Source of the DNA: Gemmatimonadota bacterium
GTDB taxonomy: Bacteria; JAAXHH01
NCBI GenBank assembly: GCA_009837395.1
Contig: VXTP01000043.1
Location: 456,936 to 520,935, forward strand
Direction: 5' to 3'
DNA: 64,000 bases
A program made the translations under genes and the position numbers. This document shows, in pieces, positions 1 through 8,272 of the stretch (its first letter is position 1; every line of letters begins with the position of its first letter). The notes beneath the pieces were generated by a model. It searched no databases. It saw only the letters and a list, made by a program, of their open reading frames with translations, and was not told where the DNA came from.

Positions 1-29
1 TGTCCACCGTATGCGACGGCCGGTCCTGG

Positions 30-938
30 TCATCCATCGTTACGCTCCTCGTGCATTGAACATGATGAGTCGGCGGCATTGTCCGGAATCGATTCCATAT
101 TTACCTCCACTTCAAGCTCGATATCGCCCCCTCCGAACAATACGCCTCGCGTGGGGGACACGTCCTGGTAGTCCCGCCCCACCGCCACCCGTACGTGGCG
201 TTCGTCGGCCAGCGTTGCGTTCGTGGGATCAAATCCCGTCCAGCCGGGGCCGGGCAGACGGCACTCCGCCCAGGCGTGCGAGGTCGTTCCCCCGCCGGCC
301 GCGGACTCGTCATGGAGATAGCCGGATACGTACCTGGCGGGAATGCCCCAGGTCCGCGCGACGGCGATCATGACGTGGGCGTAATCCTGGCATACGCCGC
401 GACCGGTATCCAGAATGTGTTCGATCGTGGAAGAGATCGAGGTACTCCCGGGCACGTACTCGAAGCATTCGAAGAGTGCGCCGGACAGCCGTTTCAGCGA
501 GGCCAGCGGGTCTCCCGCGGGTGCTATGCCGCTTCGTTGCACGAACCTTTCAAGGGCAGGAGAAGGAAGGGCCAGGCCGCTGTGATCCATATAGTCCCAC
601 TGGTGGAACGAATCGCGCCAGCTCCGGATGGTCTCCCAGGCGCCTTCTTCGCACTTTTCGGGTGGCGCATCACTTGCCCTGACGTCAACCGTTGAACGTG
701 CGGTGATGGACAGCGACTGGTGTTCGTGGTTCAGGTGAAGCTGGTGACGCGCATTGCCGAACGCGTCCGTGACCGGAAAGACCGAGCCTTCCGGTTCCGT
801 CCCGACCCGGAACGCGGAGACGCGCTGCCTGCGGTCCTCGATTGGTCTGAGTGCCAGGGACATGGCGCAGTTTCGCACGGGTAAGCCATAACGGTACTTC
901 GTGACATGCTCAATCCGGTATCGCACGTGTTTGGCCAT
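30..938 (-). CDS. Transglutaminase-like family protein (N-terminal bacterial TGase-like region plus TGase core)
   Basis: 302-aa ORF. Motifs GRGVCQDYAHVMIAVARTWGIPARYVSGY and SHAWAECRLPGPGWTGFDPTN are typical of the transglutaminase-like cysteine protease core. It is the last gene of a cpATP-grasp/alpha-E/TGase triad, 5 bp from the upstream gene. Confidence 0.8.
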   Translation of the reverse strand: MAKHVRYRIEHVTKYRYGLPVRNCAMSLALRPIEDRRQRVSAFRVGTEPEGSVFPVTDAFGNARHQLHLNHEHQSLSITARSTVDVRASDAPPEKCEEGAWETIRSWRDSFHQWDYMDHSGLALPSPALERFVQRSGIAPAGDPLASLKRLSGALFECFEYVPGSTSISSTIEHILDTGRGVCQDYAHVMIAVARTWGIPARYVSGYLHDESAAGGGTTSHAWAECRLPGPGWTGFDPTNATLADERHVRVAVGRDYQDVSPTRGVLFGGGDIELEVEVNMESIPDNAADSSCSMHEERNDG

Positions 939-942
939 AGCG

Positions 943-1911
943 TCATCGTACAGCCAGAGATTCCAGGGGATAGTCGATATAGGCGTCCATAATCTGCCGG
1001 TGAAGCTTCCGGCTGGCGCCGTTCACCTGTTCCAATGTGGCGCTCCAGGCCGAAACGTCGTTCCTGCCGTCCCGGACGACCACGCAAAGAGAGGCGCTGA
1101 TCGATACCGCTTCCCTGCTCGCATCGGGCGACGGACCCGATCCAATGGCGTCCAGCACGGAGGCGATCGCGTCGAGGGACCGGCGCAATGAACCTGGAAG
1201 CAGTGCGTCTGTTACGATCAGGTCGAGCACCTGTCCGGGCTGAACCACTACGCTGTAGGCATGCACGTAGGCGTCGAAGGCGCGGAACACGTGCAGCAGG
1301 TTCGCCCAGTCCGCGTCGAACGATTCGTCCTGCCTGTCCTGCGCCGCGATCTGCGCCAACAGGACCGATGCGGAAAGCTGCACCCGTTCAATGTACCTGC
1401 CCAGCTGGATGAAATGCCAGCCTTCATCGCGGTACATGGTCGCCTCGGCCACGCCGGTGAAAGTGGCGATGTCCTTTGCCGTCCCCGCGTAAAAAGACTC
1501 CGGGGCCGTCTTCCATATCTCCTGGATGGTCAACCCCTGCAAGCGCAGGAAGGTCAGATTCAGCGAAAGCCACATCTCGGCGCTGATGTAGTTGCGGGCC
1601 TGCCGCGCGTTCTCCCGGGCATAGGCGAAACAGTTCCATATGGAATCCGGATTCGTGGGTTCGAAAGTAAGATGATCGGCCAGGGTATAGGAGTCGGCCA
1701 GCGCGTAGTCGTCGCTGCCGAAGGCTTCCAGCGTACCGGCTGGGGGAAGCTGGCTCATGCTGCTGTACACGCGGTTCCAACCGAAATGGATCTCGCGAAG
1801 CGGACGGTCCACCAGCGTCTCCACCTGCAGCTGCATCAAGCGGCTGAGGTGGGCAGCGCGCTCCAGATACCGGCCCATCCAGTACAGGCCCTGTGCGCTT
1901 CTGGACAGCAT
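943..1911 (-). CDS. Alpha-E domain protein (DUF403 family)
   Basis: 322 aa. The N-terminus LSRSAQGLYWMGRYLERAAHLSRL is the hallmark of the alpha-E family. Its start abuts the stop of the upstream ATP-grasp gene (1911/1912). Confidence 0.8.
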   Translation of the reverse strand: MLSRSAQGLYWMGRYLERAAHLSRLMQLQVETLVDRPLREIHFGWNRVYSSMSQLPPAGTLEAFGSDDYALADSYTLADHLTFEPTNPDSIWNCFAYARENARQARNYISAEMWLSLNLTFLRLQGLTIQEIWKTAPESFYAGTAKDIATFTGVAEATMYRDEGWHFIQLGRYIERVQLSASVLLAQIAAQDRQDESFDADWANLLHVFRAFDAYVHAYSVVVQPGQVLDLIVTDALLPGSLRRSLDAIASVLDAIGSGPSPDASREAVSISASLCVVVRDGRNDVSAWSATLEQVNGASRKLHRQIMDAYIDYPLESLAVR

Positions 1912-3345
1912 TCAGTCCCCCAGTACCCAGACGTCCTTGCCTCCGCCCCCCTGGCTGGAGTTTACGACCAGGCTGCCCTCACGCAGCGCGACCCGGCAGA
2001 ACGCACCCGGCACGATACGGGTCTCGCGGCCATGGAGCACGAAGGGCCGCAGGTCCACGTGCCGCGGCGCGGCACGGCCCCCGATCAGGCAGGGCGCGCG
2101 CGAAAGGTCCAGTACGGGCTGCGAAATGAAGTCCGCGGGGTCTTCCCGCAATGCGCGGGCGCAGGCTTCTCGTTCATCAGGCGTCGATTCCGGCCCGACC
2201 AGCATGCCGTGACCTCCCGACCCGCCTACCTGTTTCACGACGAGGTCCCGGAGGTTGTCCAGGGTGAACTCGAGATCCTCCGGACGTCGGCAGATGTAGG
2301 TCTTCACGTTCGGCAGCAGCGGTTCTTCGGCCAGGTAGTACCGTATCATATCGGGGACGTAGGCGTATACGCTCTTGTCGTCCGCGACGCCGGTGCCCGG
2401 CGCGTTCACCAGCGTGACGTTTCCGGCCCGGTAGACGCCCATGAGGCCCGGGAAGCCCAGCAGGGAGTCCGTCCGGAATACGAGCGGGTCCAGGAAATCG
2501 TCGTCCACCCGCCGGTAGATGACGTCCACCCTTTGCAGCCCTGATGTGGTGCGCATGTATACAAAACCGCCGTCGACCAGCAGGTCCCGTCCCTCGACCA
2601 GGGTCGCACCGATCTCGTCCGCCAGGTAGATGTGCTCGTAAAACGCCGCGTTGTATACGCCGGGCGTCAGCAGCACGACGCAAGGATCGTCCTCCGCGCG
2701 CGGCGCGAGTTCCCTCAGCGTTTCACGGAGCATGTGCCCGTAATGTTCGACCTCCCGCACCCGGCAGCTGCGGTAGAGCCGGCGCAGGTTGGCCTTGACC
2801 GCCTTCCGGTTGGCGACCATGTAGGATACGCCGGAAGGTACGCGCAGGTTGTCCTCGAGCACGTGAAACCCTTCGTTCGTGCGGACCAGGTCGGTGCCGC
2901 AGACCGCGACATAGGTCCCGTGCGGCACGGTCACTCCCCGCATTTCGACGCGATATTGGGGACAGCCGCGCACCAGGTCGACCGGGACGATCCCGTCTTC
3001 GACAATGCGGGCGGGACCGTATACATCGGCAAGAAACCGGTTCAACGCCTTCAACCGCTGGGCAAGTCCGGCTTCTAGCTGCCGCCAATCTGCTGCGGGC
3101 AGGATCCGGGGCAGGCAGTCGACGGGCATGATGCGCTCGCCGGCTTCATCTCCGCCGTATACCGTAAACGTGATGCCTTCGCTGGAAAAGGAATGCGTGA
3201 CCCGCTCCTGCATGCGAACGAGTTCTTCGACGGGAAGCCGGAGCAGAGATTCGTGCAGACTGCGGCAATGTGCGCGCGGCGTACCGTCAGGCAGGAACAT
3301 CTCGTCGTAGAAAGCGCTGTCCAGGTCGTATGCGTCGAAATCCAT
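1912..3345 (-). CDS. Circularly permuted type-2 ATP-grasp protein (amidoligase-like)
   Basis: Long ORF 1912-3525. The conserved N-terminal YDEMF motif lies just after Met61 (MDFDAYDLDSAFYDEMF), which is preceded by a GGGGA Shine-Dalgarno. I therefore place the start at 3345; alternatives are 3396 and 3525. Family assignment is from overall pattern (DUF404/DUF407-like). Confidence 0.7.
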   Translation of the reverse strand: MDFDAYDLDSAFYDEMFLPDGTPRAHCRSLHESLLRLPVEELVRMQERVTHSFSSEGITFTVYGGDEAGERIMPVDCLPRILPAADWRQLEAGLAQRLKALNRFLADVYGPARIVEDGIVPVDLVRGCPQYRVEMRGVTVPHGTYVAVCGTDLVRTNEGFHVLEDNLRVPSGVSYMVANRKAVKANLRRLYRSCRVREVEHYGHMLRETLRELAPRAEDDPCVVLLTPGVYNAAFYEHIYLADEIGATLVEGRDLLVDGGFVYMRTTSGLQRVDVIYRRVDDDFLDPLVFRTDSLLGFPGLMGVYRAGNVTLVNAPGTGVADDKSVYAYVPDMIRYYLAEEPLLPNVKTYICRRPEDLEFTLDNLRDLVVKQVGGSGGHGMLVGPESTPDEREACARALREDPADFISQPVLDLSRAPCLIGGRAAPRHVDLRPFVLHGRETRIVPGAFCRVALREGSLVVNSSQGGGGKDVWVLGD

Positions 3346-3693
3346 TACGAGGGTCCCCGATCGTCGGACCAGCTCATGCTTTCCACCGGCTAACATGTTA
3401 TATCGGGCAAAGCGGTAGATCAAGGGAAGTCTCCTCGCGCGATCAGGGCCCGGACGGCAAGACTTCATTGTCCAGCCGTGACATAAGCAAACCTGCCTTC
3501 TGCCGCCAACATTTCTATTGCGCATTCAAGTTCACTCGGTATAATCACGCTTGGGTCTATTCACTCGTCAGGTGTACCGTCCGCGCACGAATCCCGTCTC
3601 GCTGATACCGGTAACAACGGCCTGATCGTCCTTTCAACACAACCTGAGACATAACCGGAGGTTTCCGCGTTAGTCAAAGCAGCGGGAGATGGA

Positions 3694-5046
3694 TTGATGG
3701 GCGCTACGCTGGCGAATACACTTACCGCGTATTTTGACTTCATCTGGATGTCCTTCCTGTTGCTGGGTCCGATGTTGATCCTGGGTCTGCTGCTCTCCGG
3801 CCTGATCCACGTGTTCATCTCCCGCGAAGCGATCCTCAGATGGCTCCGGGACGACAGCCTCCGGTCGGTCTCCGTCAGCTCCGCGGTCGGTGTGCCAATT
3901 CCGCTTTGCAGCTGCTCTGTCGTCCCCGTCGTGGCTGAAATGCGACGGAAGGGCGCATCCCGTTCGTCTTGCATGGCCTTCCTGATCACCGCGCCGGAGA
4001 CCGGAGCGGACTCCATCCTCGTCACCAACGCATTTTTCGGGTTCGTCGCCGCCTTGGTACGTCCCGCCATCAGTTTTATCACGGCTGTCGTGGCGGGCGT
4101 TTTCTGCATTGGTCTGATCAGGGACGACAGCGGTGCTGTCAAGCCGAGGGAGGAAGATCACGACCATGGCCGCGACCAACATGACCATCACGACCAAGGC
4201 CGCGACCAACATGACCATCGCCACGCGGGTCACATTCCGTTGACATCGGTCAGGGACGATTGCTATGTCAGTCCCTCCGCCATGAAAGTCATGGTAACGC
4301 GGTGGATAAATGAAATAACCACCGTGGCTTCCACCTGGAGGTTCGGATCGAGGATCAAGCCCGGATTATACCGCGAAATCGATGGTGAACAGGCGAGAAA
4401 GTCTGGCAAGGTCGGCGAAGCGGACCGGGTGGAAGCGCAATACCCCGGGCTCGATTTCAAGAAGATCGTCCGTCACATCATGCACTACGGCTTTGTGGAG
4501 ATCGCCGACGATATACTCTTTGCGCTGCTCGTCGGTATCGCGCTGGGTGGCGTGCTCTTTCTTGTCATTCCGGCCGACCTGATGTCGAACGATTACGCAC
4601 GTTGGCTGTCCTATCCCGTCATGATTATCGTCGGTGTGCCCCTCTACATCTGCGCCTCGGCCAGCACACCGATAGCGGCTGCGCTGGTTGCCCGAGGCGT
4701 GAGCCCCGGCGCCGCGCTGATTTTCCTGATGACAGGACCGGCTACCAACACGAGTACCATCGCCATCATCATGAGTCGATTCGGCGCGCGCTTCGCGGCC
4801 GTTTACGTTACCTCCGTCATCGCGGTTACCGTCGTGATTGGCATAGCCATCGATTTCATGCTGCTCTCGACGGGCTTCACGATTACCGTCAACCTGCTCC
4901 CTTCCGAATCCCCCACGATCCAGTTCATACAGTGGGGCGGTGCAATGGCATTGATCGCGCTGATCATCTGGCGGTACCGCGCAGGTGCCATGCGCAGAGG
5001 ATACGAAGACATGATGGCCAACTTCAGGACTCGTACTGCGAAATGA
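3694..5046 (+). CDS. SO_0444-family (COG0701) metal permease with a His-rich cytoplasmic loop
   Basis: 450 aa with multiple TM segments and CxC motifs (PLCSCSVVP). The loop DHDHGRDQHDHHDQGRDQHDHRHAGH is encoded by a tandem DNA repeat at about 4150-4218. The stop overlaps the downstream ZIP gene start (ATGA at 5043-5046). Confidence 0.7.
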   Translation: MMGATLANTLTAYFDFIWMSFLLLGPMLILGLLLSGLIHVFISREAILRWLRDDSLRSVSVSSAVGVPIPLCSCSVVPVVAEMRRKGASRSSCMAFLITAPETGADSILVTNAFFGFVAALVRPAISFITAVVAGVFCIGLIRDDSGAVKPREEDHDHGRDQHDHHDQGRDQHDHRHAGHIPLTSVRDDCYVSPSAMKVMVTRWINEITTVASTWRFGSRIKPGLYREIDGEQARKSGKVGEADRVEAQYPGLDFKKIVRHIMHYGFVEIADDILFALLVGIALGGVLFLVIPADLMSNDYARWLSYPVMIIVGVPLYICASASTPIAAALVARGVSPGAALIFLMTGPATNTSTIAIIMSRFGARFAAVYVTSVIAVTVVIGIAIDFMLLSTGFTITVNLLPSESPTIQFIQWGGAMALIALIIWRYRAGAMRRGYEDMMANFRTRTAK

Positions 5047-5993
5047 ACGATATCGTCTTGCTACTCCTTGCGTATTCGACGGTGATCTTTGCCGTGTCCC
5101 TGATCGGTGGCAAGCTCTCGGCCGTTGTCACCCTGACCCACACCCGGACGCATCTGGTCATGAGTTTCGTGGCGGGGTTTCTTCTGGGCGTCGCCATGTA
5201 CCATCTGCTGTTGCACAGCCTCGATGACATCCCCGGTCCGCATGCCGGTGAAATCGCCGTGGGTTGCGTGGTACTGGGCGTCATCATGATGATCGTACTG
5301 CTGCGGTTCTTCAGGTTCCATCAACACGAATTCGGCCAGGATGCGGTCCTAATATCGGATCATGATGACCAGCCCGACCAGCCCGACCAGCACGGCCACC
5401 CGGTCCAGCACGGCCACCCGGTCCAGCACGGCCACCCGGTCCAGCACGGCCATCATGCTGCGGTAGTCGTCAATCCCCGAAGCGTGTTCGGTGTCGCCAC
5501 GGGCCTCGGCCTGCATACCATCACCGAGGGGATCGCCCTCGGCTCAAGCATGCGAGTGGGACTGATTCACGACGAGGGAGCGAGCCTCGTGGGACTGGGC
5601 GTGTTTCTGGCGATCATGCTGCATAAACCCCTGGACGCATATTCCATCATCGGATTGATGCGGGTATCCGGTTACCGGAAGCGGGCCTGCTCGCTGACCA
5701 ACATCGGGTTCGCCCTGCTGTGTCCGCTCATCACCGTATTGACCTTTTACGGCGTCGGCCTGCTGAGTGAACTCGACGAACTGCATGTGGTGGGTTACGT
5801 CATGGCCTTCGCCGCCGGTGTTTTCCTGTGCATCGCCCTGAGCGACCTGCTCCCCGAGATACAGTTTCACAGCCACGACCGCGGAATCCTCGTCCTGGCC
5901 TTTCTTATAGGGGTCGGGCTCGCATACGCCCTTTTCCTCTTCGAATCCGAGACTATGCACGGGCTGGAGACGTTGGATACTCATATCCATTAG
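5043..5993 (+). CDS. ZIP-family (ZupT-like) divalent metal transporter with an (HGHPVQ)n loop
   Basis: In-frame Met (MNDIVLLLLAYST...) inside the long ORF 4602-5993. It has a ZIP-like TM topology, conserved HxxxD/E-type TM motifs and the central loop DQPDQPDQHGHPVQHGHPVQHGHPVQHGH. The start overlaps the upstream stop as ATGA. Confidence 0.7.
   Translation: MNDIVLLLLAYSTVIFAVSLIGGKLSAVVTLTHTRTHLVMSFVAGFLLGVAMYHLLLHSLDDIPGPHAGEIAVGCVVLGVIMMIVLLRFFRFHQHEFGQDAVLISDHDDQPDQPDQHGHPVQHGHPVQHGHPVQHGHHAAVVVNPRSVFGVATGLGLHTITEGIALGSSMRVGLIHDEGASLVGLGVFLAIMLHKPLDAYSIIGLMRVSGYRKRACSLTNIGFALLCPLITVLTFYGVGLLSELDELHVVGYVMAFAAGVFLCIALSDLLPEIQFHSHDRGILVLAFLIGVGLAYALFLFESETMHGLETLDTHIH
5370..5455 (+). repeat. 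In-frame tandem repeat (9-bp x2 then 18-bp x3-4) encoding DQPDQP(HGHPVQ)n in the ZIP transporter
   Basis: The unit cagcacggccacccggtc is repeated three times, followed by a degenerate copy. Confidence 0.8.
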
Positions 5994-6020
5994 CATCCCC
6001 CAGCGCCGCGAGCTGCGCCT

Positions 6021-8249
6021 ATGTCGACTTCCATCCAGGGAACACCAAACGACGTGGATACCGAAACCCGCGTATTCCAGGTAGAGGGCATGACTTGCAG
6101 CGCGTGCTCGGCAAGGGTAGAAAAGATCCTCGCCCAGGTCCCCGGTGTCGCTGCCGCCCACGTGAACCTCGCGCTGGAAAGAGCGACGCTGACCGTTGCG
6201 CCCGGCGTGGAAGAAGGCGCGCTGGCCGGGCCCGTAGCCGCCGCGGGGTACCGGCTGAACGCCATTCAGGACGATCGACACGAGCCCGAGAAGAATCCTG
6301 GTCAGTCACGCCGGGACCGTATCGCCATGGTCGTCGCGATTTGCCTGACGATTCCCTTCCTGCTGCAGATGCTGGCCGGACTGCTGCGGGGCTGGACCGG
6401 TTTCGACGGGCACATGCCCGTATACGCGGAAGCGATGCTCGCGACCGTACTGCAGATCGGGGTCGGCGCCCGCTACTACCGGAGCGCTTTCCACGCGCTG
6501 CGCGGTGGCAGCGCGAACATGGACGTACTGGTGGCCCTTGGAACCACTGCGGCCTATGCGTACAGTGGTTACCTCGCCTTCCGCCTGGGGGCCGCCGCGG
6601 CAGGCCTGCTCTACTTCGAAGCCTCCGCGATCATCATTACCCTCGTACTCATCGGCAAGCACATCGAGACCCGGGCGCGTCGCAGCGCGAGCCGGGCGAT
6701 TCGGGAACTGCTCGCGATCCGGCCGGTCACCGCGCGGGTACGGACTGCAGACGGCACGGAGCGGGATACGCCGGTACATGCCTTGAAGGCCGGTGACGTC
6801 GTCATCTGCCGTCCAGGCGACCGGGTGGCCGCAGACGGTGTCGTGCTCCGGGGCGAAGCCGAGATCGACGAAGCGCTTATCACAGGTGAGAGCGTCCCGG
6901 CGTCCAAACACCCGACCGACAACGTGATCGCCGGATCGATGAACGTCAACGGCTTCCTGGAAATCGAGGCCCGGGCCGTAGGGAGCGATTCGACGCTGGG
7001 ACGGGTGATACGCCTGGTCGAAAGCGCGCAGGCTGCCAAGCCGGCGATTCAGCGCATGGTGGATCGCGTAAGCGCTGTTTTCGTACCGGTGGTCGTCGGC
7101 CTGGCCGTGATCACCTTCACCGCGTGGGCCCTTTCAGGGGCCGGCCTGGATTCCGCGTTGATCAATGCCGTCTCCGTCCTCGTCATCGCCTGTCCTTGCG
7201 CGCTGGGCCTGGCGACGCCGACGGCCATCGTGGCCGGTGCGGGCGTGGCGGCCAGGGCGGGCATCCTGATCCGGGATATCGAATCCCTGGAACAGTCGAA
7301 CGACCTGACGCACGTCATTTTCGACAAGACGGGCACGCTGACCGAAGGCCGGCCCGTGATCGCGGCCGTCACGCCCCTGGCCGAGCGGGATGAAGGCGAT
7401 CTGATACGGATCGCCACATCGCTGCAGCAGGGCAGTGAGCATCCCTTCGCCGCCGCGTTTCTGCGCATGGCCACGGAACGGTACCTCGCCCTTTCAGATG
7501 TAAGAGGATTCAGGAGCGTGGTAGCGAAAGGCGTCCAGGGAGACATCGATGGCACACGCTACCTGCTGGGAAACCGGAGGCTCTTCGAAGCATACTGTCC
7601 GGGCATCACGCCGCCCGATGTACCGGATGACGGGGGTTTCACGGCGGTTTGGCTGGCAGCCCGAACCGATGCCGGATGCGCATTCCTCGCGCGATTCGAT
7701 CTCATCGACGCGTTGCGGTCCGATGCCGTCGAGGCGGTGGACGGGCTCAGAAAGCTGGGGGTCAGGATCCTGCTGGTTTCGGGCGACGCGGAGACCGTCG
7801 TGGAGCGTATCGGACGGCAGGCCGGCGTTGACGAAACCCACGGCGCCGCTACGCCGGTAGAAAAGGAGCGTATCGTAAGCCGGCTGGCAGAAGGCGGCGC
7901 GAAGGTCTGTATGGTCGGCGACGGGATCAATGACGCACCCGCCCTCGCCCGGGCTACCGTGGGGATCGCTATGGGCTCCGGTACGGACGTGGCCATGGAA
8001 ACGGCCGCGATCACGCTGATGAGACCCAATCCGACCCTTGTGGCCGGCGCGATCGACGTGAGCCGGAAGACGATCCGGAAAATCAAGCAGAATCTGTTCT
8101 GGGCGTTTATCTACAACGTGATCGGACTGCCCCTCGCGACGCTGGGATTCCTCGTCCCCGCGTTCGCTGCGGCCATGATGGCAGCCTCCAGCATCAGCGT
8201 CGTCCTGAACGCGCTGACGCTTCGCTCGTGGCGTCCAGGAACCAGGTAG
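6021..8249 (+). CDS. copA: Copper-translocating P1B-type ATPase
   Basis: 742 aa. N-terminal HMA domain with GMTCSACSARVE, TM CPC motif (ACPCALG), DKTGTLT phosphorylation site and GDGINDAPAL hinge. Confidence 0.9.
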   Translation: MSTSIQGTPNDVDTETRVFQVEGMTCSACSARVEKILAQVPGVAAAHVNLALERATLTVAPGVEEGALAGPVAAAGYRLNAIQDDRHEPEKNPGQSRRDRIAMVVAICLTIPFLLQMLAGLLRGWTGFDGHMPVYAEAMLATVLQIGVGARYYRSAFHALRGGSANMDVLVALGTTAAYAYSGYLAFRLGAAAAGLLYFEASAIIITLVLIGKHIETRARRSASRAIRELLAIRPVTARVRTADGTERDTPVHALKAGDVVICRPGDRVAADGVVLRGEAEIDEALITGESVPASKHPTDNVIAGSMNVNGFLEIEARAVGSDSTLGRVIRLVESAQAAKPAIQRMVDRVSAVFVPVVVGLAVITFTAWALSGAGLDSALINAVSVLVIACPCALGLATPTAIVAGAGVAARAGILIRDIESLEQSNDLTHVIFDKTGTLTEGRPVIAAVTPLAERDEGDLIRIATSLQQGSEHPFAAAFLRMATERYLALSDVRGFRSVVAKGVQGDIDGTRYLLGNRRLFEAYCPGITPPDVPDDGGFTAVWLAARTDAGCAFLARFDLIDALRSDAVEAVDGLRKLGVRILLVSGDAETVVERIGRQAGVDETHGAATPVEKERIVSRLAEGGAKVCMVGDGINDAPALARATVGIAMGSGTDVAMETAAITLMRPNPTLVAGAIDVSRKTIRKIKQNLFWAFIYNVIGLPLATLGFLVPAFAAAMMAASSISVVLNALTLRSWRPGTR

Positions 8250-8272
8250 GTCTATCGGATCATCGAACCGGC

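Noticed and set aside
1261-2544. 427-aa plus-strand ORF across the alpha-E / ATP-grasp genes
   Set aside because: Antisense to two syntenic, motif-bearing genes, with no domain signal.
5828-6796. 322-aa plus-strand ORF, with other long ORFs at 6019-6309 and 6306-6911, overlapping the ZIP end and copA start
   Set aside because: These are Arg/Pro-rich translations in the wrong frame or on the wrong strand relative to a clearly recognisable P-type ATPase gene. This is the typical high-GC artefact.
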